Positions 30,500 through 41,252 of a stretch of DNA of 64,000 nucleotides are shown piece by piece; position 1 is the first letter of the stretch; each line of letters starts with the position of its first letter. Below the pieces are notes generated by a model. That model worked only from the letters and a program-made list of their open reading frames with translations. It had not been told where the DNA came from and did not search any database. The stretch is from assembly GCA_002427425.1 (NCBI GenBank), contig DIRA01000027.1, positions 6,790-70,789 of the forward strand, given 5' to 3'. A program made the position numbers and the translations under genes. This stretch comes from Clostridiales bacterium UBA5448. Lineage in GTDB: Bacteria; Bacillota; Clostridia; Oscillospirales; SIG627.

Positions 30500-30976
30500 A
30501 TGGATGAAATGACCATCATATTTCCCACAGAAGAAGAAAAAGTGTTGGCGGCACAGTTATCATTGCGCGCCTGGGAGCCCATTTATGAAGGTTACCGTCA
30601 GCAACTGGGTGATGAACTGTTCTCCTTCTATTTTGGTGATTGGAAAGAGAAAAAATATCACGCGGTCTTGTCTGCCATGCAGAAAGGTGCCGTGGCAAAG
30701 ATGAACGGGCGGATTGTGGGCTTTGTCACTTGGAGCGGCAATGCCGTCAACGGCGAAGGTGTGATGGGTCAAAATGCGGTGGAACCTGGGATGCAGGGGA
30801 AAGGTATCGGCGGAAAACTTCATCGATTTGCTCTGGAGCAACTCAAGGAAGAAGGTATGACCCATGTGAAGGTCATGACCGGGGGAGATGATGCCCATGC
30901 CTCTGCCCGTCGTGCCTATGAAAAAGCCGGTTTTAAAAAACGGCTTGTCAGCGTTCAGTATTATATGGAACTATAA
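30500..30976 (+). CDS. GNAT-family N-acetyltransferase
   Basis: RIVGFVTW...MQGKGIGGKLHRFALEQL...ARRAYEKAGF. Start chosen at ATG 30500, 10 nt after GGAGG; the in-frame ATG at 30491 directly abuts the SD. Confidence 0.8.
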   Translation: MDEMTIIFPTEEEKVLAAQLSLRAWEPIYEGYRQQLGDELFSFYFGDWKEKKYHAVLSAMQKGAVAKMNGRIVGFVTWSGNAVNGEGVMGQNAVEPGMQGKGIGGKLHRFALEQLKEEGMTHVKVMTGGDDAHASARRAYEKAGFKKRLVSVQYYMEL

Positions 30977-30983
30977 AACATTC

Positions 30984-33934
<2,951 letters not shown>

Positions 33935-34016
33935 TTAACTCTATATTATCATACATATATAGTGCTTGCAATCATAAGATATTGATATATATATAAGGAT
34001 TTTGACGGAGGATGCT

Positions 34017-34814
34017 ATGAAAGAAACAGGATACCTGCCCTTGGTTACGGATTTTGCCAAAACACTGCCTTTTTATGTGGCAACCATCGGAACCTCAACC
34101 GAAAAAACCATCTGGCGTCCGAAGGGAATCGGCGATCATCAATTGTTGTTTACCGTGGAAGGCAGCGGGCATGGCATAGTAGAGGGGAAAGAATGCATGT
34201 TTAAAAAGGGGGACATCTTTTATTTACCGCCAAACCATCCCCATGATTATTCTCCCGCGCTTCCTGCCTGGAAAACCGCCTGGATGACCTTTTCCGGCAC
34301 GGCTGTCAAAGATGTGGTACCCAACAAAGGGGGTGTATACCGGGGCGGGGAAAAGATGAAAGAATGGTTTGATGCATTGTGCGTTCTCCCGAAAAATGAA
34401 ACATGGCAGGAAATTAGTTCGGTGCTGTTGTACCGTTTCCTACTGCGACTCAGAGTATCTTCCTTTTCAGAAGGAGGTACATCGGTCAATGAGGCAGCTA
34501 AAAAACTGTCAGGGGCGGTGGCTTTTATGGAGGAAAACAGCAGCCGGCCTTTGACCTTGGGGGAAATTGCCAAGGCGGCCTTAGTCAGCGAGGGGCAGCT
34601 ATGTCGCTTGTTCCGCTTGGCATACAGCATGCGACCCATGGAATTTCTGCATATGCTGCGTATCCGCCGTGCCAAACAAATGTTGAGTGAAAAGCGGCAT
34701 GTGCCGGTGGGGACGGTGGGAAAGCTTTCAGGATTTGACAGCCCGGCCTATTTCGGCTATCTATTTCGAAAACACGAGGGCATGACCCCGGGAGAATATC
34801 GCCGTTTATATTAA
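34017..34814 (+). CDS. AraC-family transcriptional regulator
   Basis: Cupin-like GDIFYLPPNHPHDY. C-terminal HTH (LTLGEIAKAALVSEGQLCRLFRLAY...VGKLSGFDSPAYFGYLFRKHEG). It is divergent from the GH2 gene. Confidence 0.85.
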   Translation: MKETGYLPLVTDFAKTLPFYVATIGTSTEKTIWRPKGIGDHQLLFTVEGSGHGIVEGKECMFKKGDIFYLPPNHPHDYSPALPAWKTAWMTFSGTAVKDVVPNKGGVYRGGEKMKEWFDALCVLPKNETWQEISSVLLYRFLLRLRVSSFSEGGTSVNEAAKKLSGAVAFMEENSSRPLTLGEIAKAALVSEGQLCRLFRLAYSMRPMEFLHMLRIRRAKQMLSEKRHVPVGTVGKLSGFDSPAYFGYLFRKHEGMTPGEYRRLY

Positions 34815-34870
34815 TCTTTATTTATATATATAAAATAATCGTGTAATGGGTAGAAAAATTCAAAATCCTA

Positions 34871-34955
34871 TGATATAATGAGGTGCTTTATGCGACACGG
34901 TTTTGATCCTATCTTATCTGCTCCCACATCCCAGGTTCGGAACATGTTTTCATGA
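34871..34955 (+). promoter_or_regulatory. Extended -10 promoter (TGaTATAAT, 34871-34879) plus a 21-codon leader uORF (34890-34955, MRHGFDPILSAPTSQVRNMFS) upstream of the MATE pump
   Basis: Both are read directly from the sequence. The uORF has GAGGTG 6 nt upstream of its ATG. About 120 nt of leader remain before the MATE start. Confidence 0.35.
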
Positions 34956-35074
34956 ATCATTGGAAATCAGTTTTTGTTGTATAAGGAAAGCCGCAGATAG
35001 ATACAATCCCGTGAATTGTTAGAAAATACGGTTTGATGGAATCGGACGTTTGAACCGCACAAGGAGAGCACGCT

Positions 35075-36496
35075 ATGACATTACGAAAATACGACATGGA
35101 TTTGACTCAGGGTCCGATCCTGAAAAACATGCTGGCGTATTCTCTGCCCGTGATGTTTGCAGCCTTGCTGCAAGTTTTTTATAATGCTGCTGATACCGCC
35201 GTAGTCGGGAAATTTGCCTATAACGGGGAAGAGGCAATGGCGGCTGTGGGTGCTACCAGTGCCTTAAATAACTTGATCATCAACATCCTGACCGGGCTTT
35301 CGGTGGGAGCCACTGCCATCGTAGCACGCTATTATGGCGCCAAACAAGACAAAGAAGTATCAGATGCGGTTCATACGACCATGGGCGTCGGTTTGTTAGG
35401 CGGCATCTTAATTGGTGTTTTTGGATATTTCACAGTCAGATTTTGGCTGCATTTGATGGGTACACCGGATTCGATCATTTCTTTATCCGTACAGTATTGT
35501 AAAATAATTTTCATTGGATTGCCTTTTTCCATGGTGTTTAACTTCGGCGCATCGATCCTGCGTGCCGTGGGGGATACCAAAAGACCGCTTTACATATTGG
35601 CATTGTCTGGGATTGTCAACGTCGTATTCAACATATTTTTTGTCACTGTATTCAATTGGAGCGTGGAAGGCGTTGCTGTTGCTACGGTAATTTCACAGGC
35701 CTTGTCTGCTTGTTTGGTGGTCTTGTCTTTGACAAAAAATGAAGGTTCTTTAAAGTATTTTGTTTCAAAAACCTACCTTCACAGAAAACAAGTCTTGGAA
35801 ATTTTTCGCATCGGGTTTCCGACTGCAATTCAGGGTTCCATGTTTTCCTTGTCCAATGTGTTGATCCAGTCAACGGTAAATACCTTTGGCGAAGTGGCCA
35901 TGGCAGGGAATACCGTTGCATGCAATTTAGGTGGGTTTGTGTATACGTCCTTCAATGCGTATAACCATGCCTCCCTTGCATTTGCCGGACAAAACTACGG
36001 TGCCAGGGAGTATAACCGGCTATACAAGATTGTGCGCCATGGTATGTTTCTCGCCGGTGTTTCAGGATTTTTGACCGGTATGTTGGTATGGATATTGGGT
36101 AATCCTCTCATGTCATTTTACACCGACAGCACGGAAATTATGAAGTGGGGCAATTTGCGTAACCAGGTTGTTTGCACCACGTATTTTATCTGCGGTATGC
36201 AGGAAGTTTTGATCGGATACCTCAGGGGATTGGGTGAATCCCTCAAACCCGCACTGATTTCGTTGTTCTGTATTTGCGGACTGCGCGTTGCCTGGATATA
36301 CACGGCAGTTCCCATATTTCGAGCCGCTTATTCGGAGCAGGCTTCCTTTTCCTTCTTGTATGTTTGTTATCCCATCACCTGGATAGTCATTTTAGTTGCC
36401 TTGTATTTCCTATATAAGCATAAGAAAAAAGAACTTAAAAAAGAACAAGCAGAGGTTGATCAAAAAAACATTACCGCTCTAAGCAGCGTTGAATGA
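35075..36496 (+). CDS. MATE-family efflux transporter
   Basis: About 12 TM helices. Typical N-terminus: LTQGPILKNMLAYSLPVMFAALLQVFYNAADTAVVG. Confidence 0.88.
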   Translation: MTLRKYDMDLTQGPILKNMLAYSLPVMFAALLQVFYNAADTAVVGKFAYNGEEAMAAVGATSALNNLIINILTGLSVGATAIVARYYGAKQDKEVSDAVHTTMGVGLLGGILIGVFGYFTVRFWLHLMGTPDSIISLSVQYCKIIFIGLPFSMVFNFGASILRAVGDTKRPLYILALSGIVNVVFNIFFVTVFNWSVEGVAVATVISQALSACLVVLSLTKNEGSLKYFVSKTYLHRKQVLEIFRIGFPTAIQGSMFSLSNVLIQSTVNTFGEVAMAGNTVACNLGGFVYTSFNAYNHASLAFAGQNYGAREYNRLYKIVRHGMFLAGVSGFLTGMLVWILGNPLMSFYTDSTEIMKWGNLRNQVVCTTYFICGMQEVLIGYLRGLGESLKPALISLFCICGLRVAWIYTAVPIFRAAYSEQASFSFLYVCYPITWIVILVALYFLYKHKKKELKKEQAEVDQKNITALSSVE

Positions 36497-36513
36497 AAGG
36501 AGATAAACATAGG

Positions 36514-37347
36514 ATGAAAATTGGTATTATGACCGGATTTCATGGGCCTGAAGTGGTAGAAAAATTTCGCAAGATGAAAGAAATGGATATTCATTACTGC
36601 CAGTTTTCCAGCTGGAATCCTTCTTTGTGGACGGATGAAAACGCCAAAATGATTGTGGATTCTTGCCGGGAAAATGATGTGACTGTGGATGTATTCTGGT
36701 GCGGATGGGGTGGACCGAGAATCTGGAACTTTTACGAAGGGCAGGAAACCCTTGGAATCGTGCCTGTGACTTACCGCTGGCAGAGAATGCAGGATTTAAT
36801 GAAAGGTGCTGAATTTGCTTGCAAGTTGGGTGTGACCAAAGTAGCCACACACATGGGGTATATTCCCGAAAATCCCATGTCCGGTGAATACGTTAGCTTT
36901 GTGACCGCTGTAAAAGCATTGGCAGCCCATTATAAAAAATTGGGAAGGGAATTGCTGTTTGAAACCGGGCAGGAAACACCCGTGGCCTTGCTCCGTGTCA
37001 TTGAAGATGTGGGTGGAAGTTCTTTGGGCATCAATTTGGACCCGGCAAATTTGATTATGTACGGAAAAGGCAACCCGGTGGATGCTTTGGATGTGTTCGG
37101 TCCGTATGTGCGTTCTCTCCATGCCAAAGACGGTTTGTATCCCACCGACGGTAAAAGCTTGGGTAAAGAAGTACCCGTAGGACAAGGGAAGGTGAATTTT
37201 CCCAAACTGTTGCAGGGACTAAAGGATTTGGGATTCAATGGCGTGTTATCCATTGAACGGGAAATTTCCGGTGAACAGCAAATCATCGATATTCAAAACA
37301 CAAAGGCCTATTTGGAAAAACTCATTGCAGAATTAGAAAATAACTGA
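36514..37347 (+). CDS. Sugar phosphate isomerase/epimerase (xylose-isomerase-like TIM barrel)
   Basis: About 277 aa. Pattern FETGQE...INLDPANL...LHAKDG...SIEREI is typical of AP-endonuclease-2 / xylose-isomerase-like TIM proteins. Confidence 0.7.
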   Translation: MKIGIMTGFHGPEVVEKFRKMKEMDIHYCQFSSWNPSLWTDENAKMIVDSCRENDVTVDVFWCGWGGPRIWNFYEGQETLGIVPVTYRWQRMQDLMKGAEFACKLGVTKVATHMGYIPENPMSGEYVSFVTAVKALAAHYKKLGRELLFETGQETPVALLRVIEDVGGSSLGINLDPANLIMYGKGNPVDALDVFGPYVRSLHAKDGLYPTDGKSLGKEVPVGQGKVNFPKLLQGLKDLGFNGVLSIEREISGEQQIIDIQNTKAYLEKLIAELENN

Positions 37348-37437
37348 AAAAATCTCATATGGGTGTGTAATCCGGGCATAGCAGATAGCAAGTCTTTTTG
37401 TTTTTTACCATATGGCGGATATTATTAACATCATCAT

Positions 37438-37476
37438 AAAAACCACGGACATGTCATGGCATGTCCGTGGTTTTTT
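37438..37476. terminator. Bidirectional terminator (16-bp stem)
   Basis: aaaaaccacggacatg-tcatgg-catgtccgtggttttt. Confidence 0.8.
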
Positions 37477-37477
37477 A

Positions 37478-38341
37478 CTATTTAATAATACCGGCGATGT
37501 TCTCCGTGATACGCCGTGCCACATAGGGATTGTTCATGGTATACAAGTGGATTCCATCCACCCCTGCTGCCAGCAGTTCCACGATTTGATCGGTTGCGTA
37601 AGCAATGCCGGCATCTCGCAATGCTGCGGGATTATCTTCATATTTTTGCATCATGCGGGTGAGCTTTCGGGGCAATGAGGCACCGCAAAGGGTGACCATT
37701 TTCTGGATCTGTTTGACATTGACAACCGGCATAATGCCTGCTTCAATCGGCAAATGAATACCCACAGCCCGGCATCGTTCCACAAAATCAAAGAAGTGTT
37801 CATTGCTGAAAAACAACTGGGATATCAAATGACTTGCACCCGCATCCACTTTTCTTTTTAAATACTGAATATCCTGTTCCAGAGAGGGGGAAGCAATGTG
37901 TCCTTCCGGATAACAGGCGCCGGTGATATCGAAATTAAAGCGGCCTTTGATGTAAGTGATCAACTCGGAGGCATAGCGGAAATCATCTTTTGCGGCTATA
38001 TGGGGATTTTCATCTCCACGGAGGGCGAAAATGTTTTCAATCCCCGCATCTTGGTATTTGGCCAGACGGTTGTTGATCTCATCTTTGGAGCTGGTGATGC
38101 AGGTGATATGAGGAAGGGGGGTAATATGATATTTTTCCTGGAGTAAACAGGCGATATCAAAGGTGGAGTTGTCTGCAGGATTTCCCCCGGCACCGTATGT
38201 CACGCTGATGTAGGCGGGATTTAAGTCTGCAATGGCTTCCAAAGTCTCATAAATCGTTTTTATCGGTGAGTTGGGCTTGGGTGGAAACAACTCAAACGAA
38301 TATAGGGGCCTGTCTTTTTTAAACATGGATGAAATGCGCAT
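37478..38341 (-). CDS. metF: Methylenetetrahydrofolate reductase
   Basis: SFELFPPK, ISVTYGAGG and the overall MetF length. The start could also be the in-frame ATG 15 nt downstream. Confidence 0.88.
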   Translation of the reverse strand: MRISSMFKKDRPLYSFELFPPKPNSPIKTIYETLEAIADLNPAYISVTYGAGGNPADNSTFDIACLLQEKYHITPLPHITCITSSKDEINNRLAKYQDAGIENIFALRGDENPHIAAKDDFRYASELITYIKGRFNFDITGACYPEGHIASPSLEQDIQYLKRKVDAGASHLISQLFFSNEHFFDFVERCRAVGIHLPIEAGIMPVVNVKQIQKMVTLCGASLPRKLTRMMQKYEDNPAALRDAGIAYATDQIVELLAAGVDGIHLYTMNNPYVARRITENIAGIIK

Positions 38342-38422
38342 GGAATCAACTCGCTTTCTGAAAATTCGTTATTATTCGAGGTCGTTCTACAAAAATAGTG
38401 AGCAATAATAGCGTTTTTACGC

Positions 38423-38451
38423 TTGACAATTACTAAATTTCGTGATACAAT
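38423..38451 (+). promoter_or_regulatory. Near-consensus sigma-A promoter with extended -10
   Basis: TTGACA (38423-38428), 17 nt, TACAAT (38446-38451), with TG at 38443-38444. It lies about 27 nt upstream of an AAGGAGG RBS. Confidence 0.7.
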
Positions 38452-38477
38452 ACAAACATAACAAAGGAGGCGACAAA

Positions 38478-38678
38478 ATGAACGAAAACACAAATGTAAA
38501 ACGACAATTGCTCATATGCCTGAAGTCATTTATGGAGAAACTTGAGGAAGAGGAAGCGTTGCATGAAGATTTGAACTGGATCGTGGAGTCGTTGGAAGAA
38601 GAAGAAGTTGACAGCGGGTGGAGTTCTGCTTTGTATGACAATGAAAACTTTTATTCGGACGGAGTGTATAAAGAATGA
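38478..38678 (+). CDS. Small acidic hypothetical protein (66 aa)
   Basis: AAGGAGG lies 7 nt upstream. Glu/Asp-rich (EKLEEEEALHEDLNWIVESLEEEEVD). ATGA overlap with the next gene. Confidence 0.55.
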   Translation: MNENTNVKRQLLICLKSFMEKLEEEEALHEDLNWIVESLEEEEVDSGWSSALYDNENFYSDGVYKE

Positions 38679-39145
38679 TGGGGCGTAGATATTTAAAGGC
38701 CTATGTAAATGCTTTACGACAATTCGAAACAGATCGCCGACTTTTGGATAATTTAGAAAAGCATACATGCTGGCCCTATGGAAGAAGATTAAAAGGATTG
38801 CCGCAAAATGCCATCCGATCCAAGGAAATCCTCAAAAGAAGAATTCGCAGAACCGATTTGATCATCCGCCGATTTGGTGAAAAGATCGCGAAAGCTTTGG
38901 GACAGATGGAAGACAGGATCGGCTGCCAATACATCGAAATGCGATATTTGCAAGGATTGCCTATGGAGGAAATTGCCTACATTGTAGGGTACAGCGAGCG
39001 GCAACTGTATCGGCTGACCAGAAGCATGGAGCGGGATTTTTTGCGGCATTTGGCTGCAATTCCGGGTACGGTCCGTAGGAACGGAATAGCAAAAAGATAT
39101 ACATATGATAGCACAAAAGGAGAATTGTGTAAAGGAAATCACTGA
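38675..39145 (+). CDS. Sigma-70 region-4-like / phage late-gene-activator-like DNA-binding protein (DUF1492/ArpU/RinA-like class)
   Basis: The C-terminal half, IEMRYLQGLPMEEIAYIVGYSERQLYRLTRSMERDF, looks like a region 4.2 HTH. Size is 156 aa. It is located at the head of a phage-like island. Confidence 0.5.
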   Translation: MMGRRYLKAYVNALRQFETDRRLLDNLEKHTCWPYGRRLKGLPQNAIRSKEILKRRIRRTDLIIRRFGEKIAKALGQMEDRIGCQYIEMRYLQGLPMEEIAYIVGYSERQLYRLTRSMERDFLRHLAAIPGTVRRNGIAKRYTYDSTKGELCKGNH

Positions 39146-39207
39146 AAACCATTGGAAACCATCACTGAAAACCATTGGAAACCATCACTGAAAACCATTG
39201 GAAACCA
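39139..39207 (+). repeat. Three perfect tandem copies of a 23-bp unit, TCACTGAAAACCATTGGAAACCA
   Basis: Copies at 39139-39161, 39162-39184 and 39185-39207. Each unit holds two TGRAAACCAT half-sites, so there are six phased motifs with 10/13-nt spacing. The first copy contains the stop codon of the upstream gene. Confidence 0.95.
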
Positions 39208-39235
39208 TTTTAAAAAGTGGTTTCCTTCTTTTTTG
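39200..39235 (+). terminator. Rho-independent terminator built from the last repeat copy
   Basis: ggaaacca(tt)...(aa)tggtttcc stem followed by TTCTTTTTT. A further GGAAACCA lies at 39239-39246. Confidence 0.7.
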
Positions 39236-39316
39236 TAAGGAAACCACAATACCTCATTCGCCAGCTTCTTCTATCACCTTTCCCTCAAGGGGGGAAGGCT
39301 CCATGAAGGAGAAGGC

Positions 39317-40861
39317 TCATTTCTCAGGGATGGACTGCTTGGGGACGGCGGTTTCGGCTTTCCATTTGTTGTAGTGGTACTTATACCAGTGCCGTATGTT
39401 GATATGCTCGAACCTCACTTTTTGATATGTCTTGCTTTGACCCTGGGCGTGGATATAGTTGTAGGGAAATTCGGGTACAACGATGGTCTTGGCGTTATTC
39501 TCAATCATGGCGTCAATATATGTATCCCGGTCTCTCACCAGTCCGTGAATGTTCAAAAATAATATTTGGATGCCCATGGCAGCAGCCAGGCAGAGAACGC
39601 TCAGTGGTCTGAAAACCTTTTTTGCTTCCACTTGTTTTACATCCAATATATAAGAAAACAAGGCGACGGCTGCCATGACCAGACACAAATAGGACAAAAA
39701 TATGCACCGCTGTCCGATGGGATTGACCAAAAGCAGGGGAGAGGCGAAAAACACCGAGGCAATCAGTGCCACCGAGGTGACGCCTTTCACCTTATTGTCC
39801 GGCAGGTTCAAACAGACAAACAGTGCGGCGATAAAATACAAAAAAGTGATGGCGAAGGTAAACAAGTATTGCAAAAAATATACCTTGGAAAACCAGGGGG
39901 AATCGTTGATACAGAACAGATAGATGCAAAAGGCGGGATAGAAATAGAAAATGCCTTCACAGACGACCAACAGTTTGCGAACCAGGGTGGGGGAAAGGTT
40001 GCCTATCTTTTCCTTTCGGATGGTTTTCATGGAAAACAGCAATACCACGCTTAACACGATAAACACCAGTACACAGCCGGCAAAGAGGGAACTGATTTTG
40101 AATGAATTGTATTCGATGGAGCTGATCATTTCTTTTAGGCTGCCGATATTCATTTTCTGGTAGGTTTCCCACAGCAGGCTGTTCGCCAGATGGTTGGGAA
40201 TTGCGTACATGAAAGCTGAACCTGCCAAAGATGCCAATGTATAAAGAATGGCCGGAATAAGACGGTGGCGGCTGTATATGGCGGCATACACCACCAGAAA
40301 AATCGCCACCATGATGTTTGCCACGGTGTTGACTTCGCTGAATAACTGCTGGGAAAACCCCAAAATCATACATACTAAACAGGCGTAGATACGGTAATAC
40401 CAACGGGAATCGGCGGTGTATTCCACATAGGTGTTGAGAATCCACAACAGGAAAAACACGGGGGGCACATAGTTGCAAAAACCGCTCGTCCAGGTAAAAA
40501 CTTGGGCAAACATGACCGAAGGCATCCCCAATACCAGCAAAAATACACTTCCGTGGACGCCTTTGTCATGGCCGGACAGGTGTTTGGTCAACTTGACCAA
40601 ACAATACACCGCGCCTGCCACAAACAAGGATTTCACGATGGTTCTCAACCACACATGGGGTAAAAGATAAAGCACCAATAAATTGCCAAATAATCGCCCG
40701 TTTCCGTACTGGATGCAGTAGGTCAGCCGCTCCTGAAAAGAAGCGAACGTCAGTGCTGAGAAAATGCAGTCATCGCTGGTATAAGGCGCCCAGTACATGA
40801 CGGGGATCATGACGGCAAAGGTAAAAACAAACAAAAACCAGGGAGCTTTCAGAATTTTCAT
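39317..40861 (-). CDS. Polytopic membrane protein, GT-C-fold glycosyltransferase-like (DUF6056 / GtrC-like class)
   Basis: 514 aa with more than 10 TM helices. N-terminal loop with YTSDDCIF and YGNGRLFGN. Soluble C-terminal tail. The function is not verifiable from sequence alone. Confidence 0.4.
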   Translation of the reverse strand: MKILKAPWFLFVFTFAVMIPVMYWAPYTSDDCIFSALTFASFQERLTYCIQYGNGRLFGNLLVLYLLPHVWLRTIVKSLFVAGAVYCLVKLTKHLSGHDKGVHGSVFLLVLGMPSVMFAQVFTWTSGFCNYVPPVFFLLWILNTYVEYTADSRWYYRIYACLVCMILGFSQQLFSEVNTVANIMVAIFLVVYAAIYSRHRLIPAILYTLASLAGSAFMYAIPNHLANSLLWETYQKMNIGSLKEMISSIEYNSFKISSLFAGCVLVFIVLSVVLLFSMKTIRKEKIGNLSPTLVRKLLVVCEGIFYFYPAFCIYLFCINDSPWFSKVYFLQYLFTFAITFLYFIAALFVCLNLPDNKVKGVTSVALIASVFFASPLLLVNPIGQRCIFLSYLCLVMAAVALFSYILDVKQVEAKKVFRPLSVLCLAAAMGIQILFLNIHGLVRDRDTYIDAMIENNAKTIVVPEFPYNYIHAQGQSKTYQKVRFEHINIRHWYKYHYNKWKAETAVPKQSIPEK

Positions 40862-41064
40862 GTTTTACGTTATCCTTTTGCTTAAAATACGCGCGGGTTC
40901 CTAGATAGTATACCATAGTATGTAATTAATTCAAGATGTCTTTTGCATTTATTTGGTTTTTCGCACAAGTGGATTTTCTGTCATTCAGTGTCAGACCTGA
41001 TGCGGGCTATAATCCTTTTGCCAAGATAAAAAGCCGGCTTTTCTTGGAAAAAAGGAGGGATTGC

Positions 41065-41241
41065 ATGTATATGTGTCTGCTGTTTTTGGCAGGAGGCGGT
41101 TTGGGATTGGTTCTGGGTCTGGGATGGCGTTATGTGTTCAAACGAGTTTCCCCCCGTTGTTCGAAATCGCCTCCTGTTTTTTCTCCTCGGGGTGCGGATC
41201 CCGGCGAGGGCGGATTTGAACAGATTCTCCGTTACCGTTAG
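41065..41241 (+). CDS. Small single-TM protein (58 aa) immediately upstream of the portal gene
   Basis: AAAAGGAGGG lies 5 nt upstream of ATG 41065. TM helix CLLFLAGGGLGLVLGLGW, followed by a basic, Pro-rich tail. Confidence 0.4.
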   Translation: MYMCLLFLAGGGLGLVLGLGWRYVFKRVSPRCSKSPPVFSPRGADPGEGGFEQILRYR

Positions 41242-41252
41242 AAAGGAACACC

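Noticed and set aside
34815-35074. Possible guanidine-I (ykkC) or other known riboswitch upstream of the MATE transporter.
   Set aside because: Fragments such as ACACGG and GGTTCGG are present. The conserved blocks (GGGTTCCG, GGTCCGAGAG, AAGCCCGGGAGA) and their order are not. It is recorded only as a leader with a uORF.
39139-39207. Possible CRISPR array, because of perfect short direct repeats.
   Set aside because: The repeats are directly adjacent with no spacers. There are only three 23-bp units, and no cas genes are in the window.
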